A stretch of DNA of 64,000 nt from Vairimorpha necatrix. Its lineage: Eukaryota. Position numbers and translations under genes: made by a program. The stretch covers positions 1,054,001-1,118,000 of the forward strand of contig CP142732.1 in the NCBI GenBank assembly GCA_036630325.1, read 5' to 3'. How positions within the stretch are numbered: the first letter of the stretch is position 1; every line of letters begins with the position of its first letter. The notes below the pieces were generated by a model. The model did no database searches and had not been told where the DNA came from. It saw nothing but the letters and a program-made list of their open reading frames with translations. This document shows, piece by piece, positions 10,242 through 20,491 of the stretch.

Positions 10242-11816
10242 ATGCAAAATCAAATGCCAAGAAAATTATACATTCTTGTTCCTGATAAACCAAGTCAAAT
10301 CCAACAAGAAAGCGCAAGTGCCTCCGCTATGATTTCTTCGGTGATCAAAACTTGTCTTGGACCAAAAGCAATGCAAAAAATGGTAATTACAAAAATTAAC
10401 AGTATAGAAATTACTAATGATGGGAACAGTATCTTAAGAGAAATTGATGTCTCTCATCCTTCTGCCCGTTCGATTATCGAACTGGCTCGTACTCAAGACG
10501 AGGAAATAGGCGATGGTACCACATCAGTCGTAATATTAGCATCAGAAATATTACAAGTCATGTCTAATGTACTAAATACAGAAATAAAAGAAACAGGCAA
10601 ATTTCCGCATCCTATAAAAGTCTGTGGTTATCTTAATAATGTCAATAAAATCGCAATGGAAGTAGTAGAAAATTTATCTTTAAATTTACAAGATACAGAA
10701 GAAAGCATTAAGGCGATCGTAAGATCGAGTGTAGAGACGAAGATCTGCAATATTTTGAAAGTTCCAATTGACAATATGGCTTATGACGTAGTCAAAAAAA
10801 TAACGGAAAATGGAATCTGCGACTTAAAAAACAATATAAAAGTAGAAAAAATTTTAGGAGGAAATATGATACAAAGCGGCATACTTGATGGTATAATTTT
10901 AAACAAAGACATAATTCATCCACAAATGAGAAAAAGAATAGAAAATCCAAGAATAATAATCTTAGATACGCCACTTGAATATAAAAAAGGCGAAAGTCAA
11001 ACTAATTACGAGTTTAAAAATAAAGAAGATTTTACTAAAGCACTAGAAATGGAAGAAAAACAGATCAGAACCATGTGTTCTTATATTTTAAATGTTAAAC
11101 CTGACATTGTAGTCTGCGAGAAAAGCATTTGTGATTTGGCTATGTCAATTTTGTATCAAAATAATGTCACTGCAATTCGTAGAATTAAAAAAACTGAATC
11201 AGTTCGATTATCAAAAGCAACAGGCGCTTCTATTGTCAACAGGATCGAAGATCTAGAAGACAAACACGTAGGAGAAAAGTGTAAACTTTTTGAATATTTA
11301 AAATGTGGCGAAGAATATTATTCGCAATTTGGTCAATGTGTCCAACCTAAAGCGTGCAGTGTTATAATTCGTGGACCTACTAAAGACATCATGAACGAAT
11401 TAGAAAGAAATTTCTGGGACGCAGCAAAAGTAGCCAAAAATTTGATCGTGAGCCCAAAACTTGTCCCGGGTGGCGGATGTTTAGAAATGAACATTTGTAA
11501 AAAATTAGGCGAAATTGAATCAAAAGATCCACTGGAAAAAAGTATTTATAAAAAAGTGTGTGAAGCTTTAAAAGTTATACCAACAGTCCTGTTGATAAAT
11601 AGCGGCGTGTTTAATCCATTGATGAAAATTGAGTTACTTGAGAAAGAAATAAATAAAAATTCTTATAATGGAATTAATGGGGTAAATGGGGAGATTGAAG
11701 ATATGAGGAATGTGATACTTGAACCTATGGCAGTTAAAAAACAAATTTATGCTTCTGCTTTTCAAGCAGTGTTACAGTTGCTTAGAGTTGACGGGATTAT
11801 GGAAAGTAAAAGATAA
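10242..11816 (+). CDS. CCT3: Chaperonin CCT/TCP-1 gamma subunit
   Basis: KTCLGPKAMQKM, TNDGNSILREI, GDGTTSV, HPQMRKRIENPRI, LEYKKGESQT. Confidence 0.95.
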   Translation: MQNQMPRKLYILVPDKPSQIQQESASASAMISSVIKTCLGPKAMQKMVITKINSIEITNDGNSILREIDVSHPSARSIIELARTQDEEIGDGTTSVVILASEILQVMSNVLNTEIKETGKFPHPIKVCGYLNNVNKIAMEVVENLSLNLQDTEESIKAIVRSSVETKICNILKVPIDNMAYDVVKKITENGICDLKNNIKVEKILGGNMIQSGILDGIILNKDIIHPQMRKRIENPRIIILDTPLEYKKGESQTNYEFKNKEDFTKALEMEEKQIRTMCSYILNVKPDIVVCEKSICDLAMSILYQNNVTAIRRIKKTESVRLSKATGASIVNRIEDLEDKHVGEKCKLFEYLKCGEEYYSQFGQCVQPKACSVIIRGPTKDIMNELERNFWDAAKVAKNLIVSPKLVPGGGCLEMNICKKLGEIESKDPLEKSIYKKVCEALKVIPTVLLINSGVFNPLMKIELLEKEINKNSYNGINGVNGEIEDMRNVILEPMAVKKQIYASAFQAVLQLLRVDGIMESKR

Positions 11817-11907
11817 ATTAAAAAAAAGTTAAAAAATATGTCTTTGTATTGTAAAAAAATCTTCTTGCCTGTTTTATAAATTTCTCAAATTATTTTTAGT
11901 TTTTACC

Positions 11908-12031
11908 TGTCAAATGTTTTATTTGGATTTTCCATCCCCTCTTTCGGAAATGTTTTTAAATACTTTTTGTAGCCAATCAAATCTGTCCATTTGTAAGAAT
12001 ATGATTGGTCAGCATTTGATCGGCTACGACA
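11908..12031 (-). repeat. 3' LTR of the Gypsy element
   Basis: Identical by eye to 15639-15762. Confidence 0.95.
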
Positions 12032-12036
12032 CCCCC

Positions 12037-15000
12037 TCAATCAGTCTTCGACGTGTCCTTCTTAATATGACTTATGTTAACTCTCAATTCGCCTGCTGAA
12101 TTTTTCCTTTTTACCAGAAATGCGTCTTCACTTAAAATTTTGACAATAATATAACCAGGTGACCATTTAGCTTCTAACTTTCCACTTCCTGGGTAATCTC
12201 TGTAAACTAAAACATCTTCTCCTATTTTAAACTTTTGCTTTATATCTTTTTTCCCTTTAACGATGTATTTGCTGTATTTTTTAAAGTTTAAGTCCCTCTT
12301 CCGTAAAAGTTCTTGCTTCGTATAGGTCTTAGGGGTAACTCCTATTCTCTCATCTATGGCTGTTGTTATTTGCTGACCGTATTTTAGAATGTACGGCGAT
12401 GTTCCTATTGATCGGTTAAACGATAGATTTACTGCCAATGTAGCTTCTTTGACAACTTTCCTCCAGCCAATTTCGCCATAGTTTGCTAATTTTCTAATTT
12501 TGTTCGTCAATGTTTGTATGACCCTCTCAACCGCGCCTGTAGTCTGGTGATGGTATGGCGAACAAAATTCCCATGATATATTATACTTTGAACCTAATGC
12601 TTGTACCACGCTGTTGTCAAACTCTAAGCCGTTGTCTGTCAAGATTCTTTCGGGTATCCCATGCTTACTAATGATTAATTCTTCGATCGCCTTATATATT
12701 TCACAGCTCTTTTTGCTTCGTAAGATCTTGGTTTCTATCCATTTAGAGTAGTGATCGATCGCTACAAATATGTATCCGCTTCCGCTGTTGTCCGAAAGTT
12801 TTCCAAGCAGATCAAATTCCCACAGCTGATTGGGTCTTTCTGAAAGTATTACTTTGTTCTTTGTCTTCACGCGTTGATATCCCGAACGAAGACATGTTTT
12901 GCAATTGCTTACGAATTTCGAAATGTCTTGGTGCATTGTTTTCCACTTATGTGCCTGTGAAATCATAAATTTCATGGTATTTGATGTCCCATGCCCTGAT
13001 ATTTTATGGTACTCCTCTAGTATGTCGTTGATATTATTATTCGATAACTGATGTAAATCAATGTTACATGTTTCACACTCTTGGTGAAATCTACTAAAGC
13101 CATCAGCAATGTTATGCTCTCCTTTTATATACTCCAATTCGAAGTCGTATTCCGCCAATTTGAGTGCCCATCTGAGAATCCTACTAGTTGGATCCTTCAC
13201 TGTCCATAGATAGATTAAGGCTTTGTGGTCTGTTCTGAGCGTAAATTTGCTTCCCAAAAGGTAATGTCTAAAATGTTCTATTCCTTTAACCAAGCCAAGA
13301 AGTTCTTTATCGGTAACTGAATAATTCTTCTGACAATTATCTAGTCTTTTGCTAAAGGCGGCTATCATTTTTTCAGCTCCAGTTTTGTTCTTTTGCAGCA
13401 GCACTGCTCCTATTCCCGTTTCAGATGCGTCAGTAACCAGAATGAATGGAGCTTTAAAATTTGGCTGTGTACGTATTGTATTTTGGCTTAGTACTTTTTT
13501 AACGGTTTTAAACGTATCCAGCTGTTTGTCAGTAAGTTTAATTTTTTTACCAGATGTCTGTTTTTCGCCCTTAAGTACATCATACAAGGGTCCCGTAATT
13601 TCTGCCATCTTTGTCACAAAATCCCTGCAATAGTTGGCCATTCCTAGAAAACTCCTTAATTCCTTTATGGTGGTAGGAATTGGGTACGCTTGTATATCCT
13701 TAATGCGCGTTTCGTCTACCTTTATGATTCCGTTTCCAATGACGTTCCCCAAGATCTTTATTTCCGATCTAAAGAATTTACACTTTTTCTTATTAAGCGA
13801 TAGATTTGCCGCTCTTATTTTTCCCAATACTATTCTCACATGTTTCTTATGTTCTTCCTTGTTCCTTGAATATATTATAATATCGTCTAAGTATGGGATC
13901 ACAAAATTATGGTTTTCTTTTCTGAATATATTGTCCATTGCCCTTTGAAATGTTGCTGGGGCGTTACATAGTCCGAACGGCATACGATTAAATTCGTATA
14001 ATTTCCCCCTATACGAAAATGCTGTCTTTTCCTTGTCTTCTTCTTGTAAAGGAATTTGATGGAATCCACTAGTCGCGTCCAGTATTGTAAAAATAGTTGC
14101 AGTTGATAGACTGTCAAAAATCTCGTCGATTCTAGGTGTCATGTATGCGTCCTTTACTGTTATGCTATTCAGACCTCTATAGTCTACGCACATTCTCCAT
14201 GTTTTGTCAGGCTTCGGTACCATCAGTATTCTGCTACACCAGGGACTTCTGCTTTCCCTTAAAATTCCAAGTTCTAGGAGTTTGTTGATTTCTTCATTTA
14301 CGGCTTCTTCTTGTGATACTGGTATTCTTCCGTTCCTTTGGCAAATTATCTTCGTACTGTTCGTCTGTATACGATGACTACCTGCAGTGCAGAGGTTATA
14401 GTCGCTTATTTCTGTTTTGAAGACGTCCTCGTACTCTTTCAAAATTTTGTTCTCTTCTAAATCACATGCGGAATTCGACATTTGGTTGATTCTATATTTT
14501 GGTGCATTTAGAATATCTAAAATCAGTTTTTTATTGTCGCATATTACATTTGCTCCTATTATAACATATTTTATGTCTTTGATTATTAAGGGTGAGAAGA
14601 TCACACCTTTTCCATTGATTTCGATTATACAGTCTTTTAAATAGCCTTCTATTTTTAATATTTCATTTCCTATACCTTTTACTACGCCATTATATCTAAT
14701 AATCTTATTACGTTCTTCTTGTGGAATATCATTGTAATTTATGACCGAAACATCGGCCCCAGTGTCTAGTAGTACTTTCGTATTTTTATTAAAGAGACGG
14801 CTTTCCACAAAAAATGGGTTAAAACTATTTTGTATATGATGTAAATAGAATTCAATTTCTTTATTGTCATGATCTTTCTCGTCACTTTCGTATTCTTCAA
14901 CGGCATTTATATTTTTTCTCTTCAAGTTGTTTCTTTCTCTATTGAGTATTATGGTAAGTGCTTTGCAGTCTCTTGTGGAATGGTTACATTCCCCGTGGAG

Positions 15001-15666
15001 TGTGCACCGTTTATTAGTATGCCGCGGTAGTTTTTCATGGGTTATGTTTCTTTTAAATCCTTTTTCTTTGTAAAAATTAGTGTGGGGCCCTCTGCCCGCG
15101 TTGTCGTGTAGCTTAGTCCTAGCTAACATCTTATCGGGATATGGAATCCACGATATCTCCTCCGCCTTTTGTATAAATCCTTGCCACGTCTGGACTGTAG
15201 TTGCGGTCTGGTATAACAGAGCTTTTATCTCCATTGGTGATTTATTAATTACCATTTGGCACAAAGCGTCCAAATTTATAAGAGATCTCTCATATATTAC
15301 AGTAGCTTCCTGTAGCATCTGCGAGTAATCTTCTCTCGTTTCCGGGACCATTATTGAGAGGAACCTGCTTAGTGTTATATCGTTGTTCTTATACGATCCA
15401 AATCTTTTCTTTATTAAATGAAGTATTTCCTCTAAGCTGACTGTCTCCATTTTCCCGCCTAATGTCTGGGAAGCCCATGATAATGCTTTCCCCCTGAGCT
15501 TGCTCACCAATGCCGTTTTGAATTGATCATTGGTCCATTTCGAAACTTCCCCTACCAACATTATGTCTCTCAGCCAGACATTTACATCCTCACCTGCTTC
15601 TCCTGTGAAGCATCCGACATTGTTTGTCGTTGTCGCCATGTCAAATGTTTTATTTGGATTTTCCAT
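12037..15666 (-). CDS. Gag-Pol polyprotein (gag, protease, RT, RNase H, integrase) in one ORF
   Basis: CTLHGECNHSTRDC knuckle, LLDTGAD, WRMCVDYR, MPFGLCNAPATFQR, YLDDIIIY, VTDASETGIGAVL, H..SGH...CKTC, TDNGLEF, GAVER; PR-RT-RH-IN order. Start is ATG 15666 or 15639. Confidence 0.95.
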   Translation of the reverse strand: MENPNKTFDMATTTNNVGCFTGEAGEDVNVWLRDIMLVGEVSKWTNDQFKTALVSKLRGKALSWASQTLGGKMETVSLEEILHLIKKRFGSYKNNDITLSRFLSIMVPETREDYSQMLQEATVIYERSLINLDALCQMVINKSPMEIKALLYQTATTVQTWQGFIQKAEEISWIPYPDKMLARTKLHDNAGRGPHTNFYKEKGFKRNITHEKLPRHTNKRCTLHGECNHSTRDCKALTIILNRERNNLKRKNINAVEEYESDEKDHDNKEIEFYLHHIQNSFNPFFVESRLFNKNTKVLLDTGADVSVINYNDIPQEERNKIIRYNGVVKGIGNEILKIEGYLKDCIIEINGKGVIFSPLIIKDIKYVIIGANVICDNKKLILDILNAPKYRINQMSNSACDLEENKILKEYEDVFKTEISDYNLCTAGSHRIQTNSTKIICQRNGRIPVSQEEAVNEEINKLLELGILRESRSPWCSRILMVPKPDKTWRMCVDYRGLNSITVKDAYMTPRIDEIFDSLSTATIFTILDATSGFHQIPLQEEDKEKTAFSYRGKLYEFNRMPFGLCNAPATFQRAMDNIFRKENHNFVIPYLDDIIIYSRNKEEHKKHVRIVLGKIRAANLSLNKKKCKFFRSEIKILGNVIGNGIIKVDETRIKDIQAYPIPTTIKELRSFLGMANYCRDFVTKMAEITGPLYDVLKGEKQTSGKKIKLTDKQLDTFKTVKKVLSQNTIRTQPNFKAPFILVTDASETGIGAVLLQKNKTGAEKMIAAFSKRLDNCQKNYSVTDKELLGLVKGIEHFRHYLLGSKFTLRTDHKALIYLWTVKDPTSRILRWALKLAEYDFELEYIKGEHNIADGFSRFHQECETCNIDLHQLSNNNINDILEEYHKISGHGTSNTMKFMISQAHKWKTMHQDISKFVSNCKTCLRSGYQRVKTKNKVILSERPNQLWEFDLLGKLSDNSGSGYIFVAIDHYSKWIETKILRSKKSCEIYKAIEELIISKHGIPERILTDNGLEFDNSVVQALGSKYNISWEFCSPYHHQTTGAVERVIQTLTNKIRKLANYGEIGWRKVVKEATLAVNLSFNRSIGTSPYILKYGQQITTAIDERIGVTPKTYTKQELLRKRDLNFKKYSKYIVKGKKDIKQKFKIGEDVLVYRDYPGSGKLEAKWSPGYIIVKILSEDAFLVKRKNSAGELRVNISHIKKDTSKTD

Positions 15667-15762
15667 CCCCTCTTTCGGAAATGTTTTTAAATACTTTTTG
15701 TAGCCAATCAAATCTGTCCATTTGTAAGAATATGATTGGTCAGCATTTGATCGGCTACGACA
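15639..15762 (-). repeat. 5' LTR of the Gypsy element
   Basis: Directly followed on the minus strand by the PBS TGGCGACAAC. Confidence 0.95.
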
Positions 15763-15934
15763 TTACCTATTTAAAATATTTATATGTCTACTTAACAAGA
15801 AAAGTCTTTATTTCTGAATATAAATGACTTGTCTTGTAAACGTGACCTGTCTCTTCTGATTTTTAAGACACTGTTTTAAATTTGAAACACAAAATATAAA
15901 AAAATAAAAACGAAAAATAAAAAAAAATTATTTC

Positions 15935-16348
15935 ATGAATCAACACCCTTATTTTAATAACAATAATATCAAGTACCCCATGTCTCAACAATACCAACAC
16001 CCAATACTCAGATCTACAGATAGATTATTACCAGTAGCCAACATTGGTAAAATAATGAAAAGACCCATACCAAAAGAAGCGAAAGTCGCCAAAGAAGCAA
16101 AAGAACTTATGCAAAGATCAGCAAGCGAATTCATTGCTATAATCACATGTAGAGCTAGGGAAATCTGCGAAGCAGAATCAAGAAAAACAGTGACAGGAGA
16201 AGATTTAATTAGAGCAATGGAAGATTTAGACATGCCTTTGTACGCAGAATTGGGAAGAAAATATTTTTTACAGTATAAAAATTTGATGCAAATAGATAAA
16301 AAACAGAAAATTCAAAAAAACAGTTTTGAGTTTTTGGAGTTTCAATGA
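15935..16348 (+). CDS. HAP3: CCAAT-binding factor subunit NF-YB/Hap3 (histone fold)
   Basis: DRLLPVANIGKIMK, KVAKEAKELMQ, SEFIAIIT, RKTVTGEDL; an alternative CCCC-ATG lies at 15980. Confidence 0.9.
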   Translation: MNQHPYFNNNNIKYPMSQQYQHPILRSTDRLLPVANIGKIMKRPIPKEAKVAKEAKELMQRSASEFIAIITCRAREICEAESRKTVTGEDLIRAMEDLDMPLYAELGRKYFLQYKNLMQIDKKQKIQKNSFEFLEFQ

Positions 16349-16422
16349 GTTTACTTATGAAATAAAAACCATTATTTTTTAACTTTTTCATTTTTTTTTG
16401 ATACTTTGTTTGTTTTTTATTT

Positions 16423-18186
16423 ATGCAAAAAAAATATAAATTGAAAAAAAAATGCATTAATATGAATGAATCTAAATTTGTAAAAAAATCAAAAGTTGTT
16501 GATGACGAGAAAGAAAAATCAAATAAAATAAAGTTGCAGGAAGAAGAATCGAAGGAGCAAGACATAAAAAAAGATAACCTGAAGAAAATTATCGACAAGA
16601 AACAATATTCAAAGAAAGTAAATTCAAAAAATGTAGGCGAACAAAAAAATTTTTCAAAAAAAGATCCCAAAGAAACAGAGGAAGTTTCAAATATAACAGA
16701 AGACTCAAAAATAATCAAAGAACAAAAAATATCAGAAAACTCAAAAAACACACTAGACCCAAAAATATTAGAAGTCACAGATGCCTCAAATAATGGCAAT
16801 ATAATTTCTTGTATTTTAAATTCAAATATGGATTTGATTAACAATACCTTACAAGATATAATTTACAAAGATTTCATTTGCAAATTTTTCACCTTGGAAT
16901 TAAGTATCAATTATTTTGATCTCTGCGAAGAATTCCCTTTAGATATGAATATTATTATAAGAAGCACTGATTTCAATGTTGAGCTTTTAAAGCATATCGA
17001 GTTTTACATTGAAAATTTTTTCAAGAATTTACAATATGAAAATATCAAAGCTCTAAGAAACAGACAATTATTTAAGATCCATTTACGACACATATGCCCA
17101 CTAGTTAATTTAAAAAGGAGTATTAAAGAAGTATATAAATTGACAAATAATCAAGATGTAAATGATTTTAGTAGCTATAATTTCTTGATTTTATCAGGGG
17201 AAATTCATAGAATCAAGGAGACCAGAGTTCTCAGATCTTGTTTTTTAGAGTGCGAGAATATTCTATGCCAAGATAAATGTTACATTCTCAAACTTGAAGA
17301 TGTAAATTATTTAGCACACGAGTCTAAAAAGACTTTCATTCATATAGTCGAGGACAAATACAAGACCTGTTTGAATTGTAAAAGTCTTCTTGTTGAGAAT
17401 ATAAAATTTAGGACATATTCTACTAAATATGAGCATATTCTAAATGATGATTCATATCAAATATATATTAAGAGTCATAAAGATCTAATAAGCAAAGGCT
17501 TTTATGTCGGCTTCCTACAGCGTAGAAATAATGGGAAATTACAATTTAATGTAAACCAGTCCTATGAACAGAATATTGAAAATATAAAATATAAACTTAG
17601 AAATACAGTGACCAGAGATTTACAGACACATTTATTAATTGTCTCTAGTTTTATATTCAAATCTATAAAATCCCACTGTGATATTCAAGATTGTATCCTG
17701 ATGATAATCCTCAATATATTTAGCTTTAATAATATCAGAATGTTAATATTCACCACAGATTCCTGCTATGTAAGAAGTTGCACTGTAAACTTTTTTAAGA
17801 TCAAAGATCTACAAGTGAATATATTTTATGATATGAAATCTTTTAGAGATGTAAAAGGATTGTGTATAAGAAATTACGGAGATACGAAGATACAATCAGT
17901 AGACATGATTTTTCATCTACCAATAAATCATTTATTGGATTATTCATATGAGAAATCTCTTTTAGATTTTAAGATAAACAAAAAGACAGTAAATTTGAAT
18001 GAAAATGATCAGAGGAATATTCAAGATTTATTTATAAAATTCAGAAAGGAGTATAAAAGGATTATTGAGCCAGAGAGATTATTGAATACACTGACTTCTA
18101 TTTATATTTCTATACTTGAATATACAGAAGATTCATATTTGATTAATGACTTCATTCTACAACATTTTGTAGATAAATTATTATAA
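16423..18186 (+). CDS. Hypothetical protein; possible degenerate MCM-family protein
   Basis: 587-aa ORF; charged N-terminus; SGEIHRI..LECENILC...TCLNC spacing resembles the MCM OB/Zn region; no Walker A. Confidence 0.6.
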   Translation: MQKKYKLKKKCINMNESKFVKKSKVVDDEKEKSNKIKLQEEESKEQDIKKDNLKKIIDKKQYSKKVNSKNVGEQKNFSKKDPKETEEVSNITEDSKIIKEQKISENSKNTLDPKILEVTDASNNGNIISCILNSNMDLINNTLQDIIYKDFICKFFTLELSINYFDLCEEFPLDMNIIIRSTDFNVELLKHIEFYIENFFKNLQYENIKALRNRQLFKIHLRHICPLVNLKRSIKEVYKLTNNQDVNDFSSYNFLILSGEIHRIKETRVLRSCFLECENILCQDKCYILKLEDVNYLAHESKKTFIHIVEDKYKTCLNCKSLLVENIKFRTYSTKYEHILNDDSYQIYIKSHKDLISKGFYVGFLQRRNNGKLQFNVNQSYEQNIENIKYKLRNTVTRDLQTHLLIVSSFIFKSIKSHCDIQDCILMIILNIFSFNNIRMLIFTTDSCYVRSCTVNFFKIKDLQVNIFYDMKSFRDVKGLCIRNYGDTKIQSVDMIFHLPINHLLDYSYEKSLLDFKINKKTVNLNENDQRNIQDLFIKFRKEYKRIIEPERLLNTLTSIYISILEYTEDSYLINDFILQHFVDKLL

Positions 18187-18292
18187 AATATTGTGAATAT
18201 TAAGGAGTCTTATCAAGCAGATATAAACTAGATCTAGAATAGAATCTTCTTTATACATAGAAAATAATCAAAAATATGAATATTTGATAATT

Positions 18293-18481
18293 CTACGTCG
18301 CTTAATATAATACTTTACCTATAAAACATAAAGAGAGAACATCTTTTTAAGGTTACTAGATATTCCTACGTCGCTTAATATAATTAACTTTACCCGAAAA
18401 ACATAAAGACAAATTAAAAACAAAAATATAAGGAAATTTAACGTCTTGATATGATTGAACTTTACCTGAAAATTTTAGAGA
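18293..18481. repeat. Three degenerate ~43-bp repeats with a 73-bp period
   Basis: CTACGTCGCTTAATATAA..ACTTTACC..AAAACATAAAGA at 18293 and 18366, decayed copy at 18439. Confidence 0.7.
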
Positions 18482-18628
18482 CCACATTAAATGTAGAACT
18501 TCTTAAATTCAAAATCACACAAAAAAGATAAGAGCCCATTAAACAATAAATAGAAAATCAATAACTAGTACTTTGTGTGTGTATTTTATAACACATTTAA
18601 TACACAGAATTTTACTGCATAAGTGTAT

Positions 18629-19282
18629 TTAGTTCTTGCCCAGTTGTTTTAATATTTTGATCTTTTTCTTCACTCCTCCTCTCTTGGTCTTCTTCTGGAT
18701 TTGTAGAGACTTTCTCTGCACTGGTTTTTTATTTAATCCTTCTTCTATCGACTTATAGAAATCTAAAAATTGCTCGCTTTTACAAATATCCATTTTTAAT
18801 GCCAAGACAAGTTTGTTTAAGATGATTTTTATTATTTTATTTTTACTTTCTTGATATTTAAGAACTAGAGGATGATACTCCAACAAATTTACATTTGTAG
18901 TTATATTTACAAAATTGTATATTTCATTTCTTTCAGAATGTATTTCAGTACTATATTCTTCTATTGCTGTGTCAAGTGTATCTTTTTCTGATAATTTCGT
19001 ATTTTCTAATATTGAATTTAAAAAAAATACCTTTTTTATCTCGTTGGTGCTTTTTTTCAAAAGTTCTTTTTCTGGATGTAAGAAAATGTAGAAGATCAAA
19101 GTCGAGTTAAGCAGAGCTGCAGTGTTTTTATATTTTATTTGTAGTTCTTCTATTATTTCTGTGTACATAATATTAAGATGATGCTTATAATCATCTTTGC
19201 TGTTGTTTTTTATGTCTTCTTGGTTGATATATCTTGTAAATAATTGTTTATACTTATTGTATTTTTGATCTAAAGATTTCAT
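18629..19282 (-). CDS. Divergent Nop-domain protein, probably Prp31-like
   Basis: EYHPLV...NKLVLALKMD...KPVQRKSL..KKTKRGGVKKK parallels Prp31 YHSDIV...AKCTLAARVD...KPLP..KKRGGRR; CCCCAAG-ATG. Confidence 0.5.
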   Translation of the reverse strand: MKSLDQKYNKYKQLFTRYINQEDIKNNSKDDYKHHLNIMYTEIIEELQIKYKNTAALLNSTLIFYIFLHPEKELLKKSTNEIKKVFFLNSILENTKLSEKDTLDTAIEEYSTEIHSERNEIYNFVNITTNVNLLEYHPLVLKYQESKNKIIKIILNKLVLALKMDICKSEQFLDFYKSIEEGLNKKPVQRKSLQIQKKTKRGGVKKKIKILKQLGKN

Positions 19283-19316
19283 CTTGGGGTATAAATGTAA
19301 AAATTTATTAAAACTA

Positions 19317-19389
19317 GCACGTGTAGTGTAGTGGTTATCACGCGTCCTTCACACGGACGAGGTCCCGAGTTCGAACCTCGGCAGGTGCA
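19317..19389 (+). tRNA. tRNA-Val (CAC)
   Basis: 73-nt cloverleaf; anticodon arm CGTCC-TTCACAC-GGACG; T arm CCGAG-TTCGAAC-CTCGG; one G-G mismatch in the acceptor stem; T-run terminator follows. Confidence 0.93.
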
Positions 19390-19633
19390 AATTTTTATTA
19401 TAAATTTAGGATATGATTTATTTTGTAGAGTTAGCTGATTATCATAATATTACTCTTAATTTGCTACAATATTTTTTTAAGAATTCATTTCTCAAAAAGC
19501 AAGAATTCAAAAGTCTAATGTGATTAATTTTTAAATTGAAAATACTTTTATAACATAAGAAATTCAAAAGTAAGTGTAGAATTGCGATAAAATACAAATA
19601 AAGAATTTTATAATGATTTCAAATAAATAATAT

Positions 19634-20491
19634 GGCTAATTTTCACTTTATCCCCCCTTACCAATATAAATACAGAATTTTTTATTTTTAGCCCTGTTTT
19701 TCGAAATTCGATGCGTCCAGAGCGGAAAGGAACATAGAAAAATTTACATAAGTAAAAAAATGGTCTTAGAAATATCTAATTTGATCATAGTTTAGGAAAA
19801 ATATATTATTTAAACCAATTTAATAATGTTTTCTAATAAACTATGAGTTAAATAGAAGTCTAAATTTGTAAAAATATGTTTTAACCTATTGCTTTCTTTT
19901 GTCATTACATTTAATTTTTGCTAAAGATAAACATGTTTATACACAGTTTATGTTGTTTAAAACAGATTCTAGGTTTGGTTATTCTTAGTTTGGTAGTATA
20001 TTTATTAGTCTTGTTTTTTAGGTTTTCATTGGTTTTTCTAGACAAACAGAGAATAATTATGTTATATTTATGCTCTTTAAAGAATTATTGAATCGTATAT
20101 AATGTCAATTTAATAAGATATGTTATATTTTAGCTCCAAAAGTAAAATATTACATGTTTGGAAAATTCTTTAATTCTTGAAAAATATTCATTTATAACAG
20201 CAAATGAACCTTATAAATATTATTTATATAGAGATTTCGTTGTTATACATTGCAATGTACAATAAAGATAAATCTTGATCAATAATTGGAAGAAGGAATT
20301 TTTTAAAAAATTGGAAAAAAAAACGAAAAAACAATTGTTTTATTTTTGGTAAATATGCTATTTTATTACAACTTTATTTTTTTGACTTTTGCTCCTTCAC
20401 ATTTTTTCCGCTTCGAATTTCGAAAAAAAGGGATATTTTTTAAAAATTCTTAATTTATATTGGTAAGGGGGGGATAAAGTGAAAATGCTCC
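19634..20491. mobile_element. MITE copy 1 (858 bp), Merlin-type termini
   Basis: TIRs GGCTAATTTTCACTTTATCCCCCCTTACCAATATAAA / TTTATATTGGTAAGGGGGGGATAAAGTGAAAATGCTCC; 8-bp TSD AATAATAT. Confidence 0.92.

Larger units (their letters stand above)
11908..15762 (-). mobile_element. Full-length Ty3/Gypsy LTR retrotransposon, 3855 bp
   Basis: Two identical 124-bp TG...CA LTRs (11908-12031, 15639-15762); 5-bp TSD TTACC (11903-11907, 15763-15767); PBS TGGCGACAAC; PPT GAGGGGG. Confidence 0.97.

Noticed and set aside
13349-15328. Plus-strand ORFs antisense to gag-pol, and similar shadow ORFs over Rho1, eIF3i, Rpt3, VMA8 and DGAT1
   Set aside because: Antisense shadows of real genes, with no motifs and often non-ATG starts
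18293-18481. CRISPR array
   Set aside because: Eukaryotic context, only three degenerate units and no cas genes
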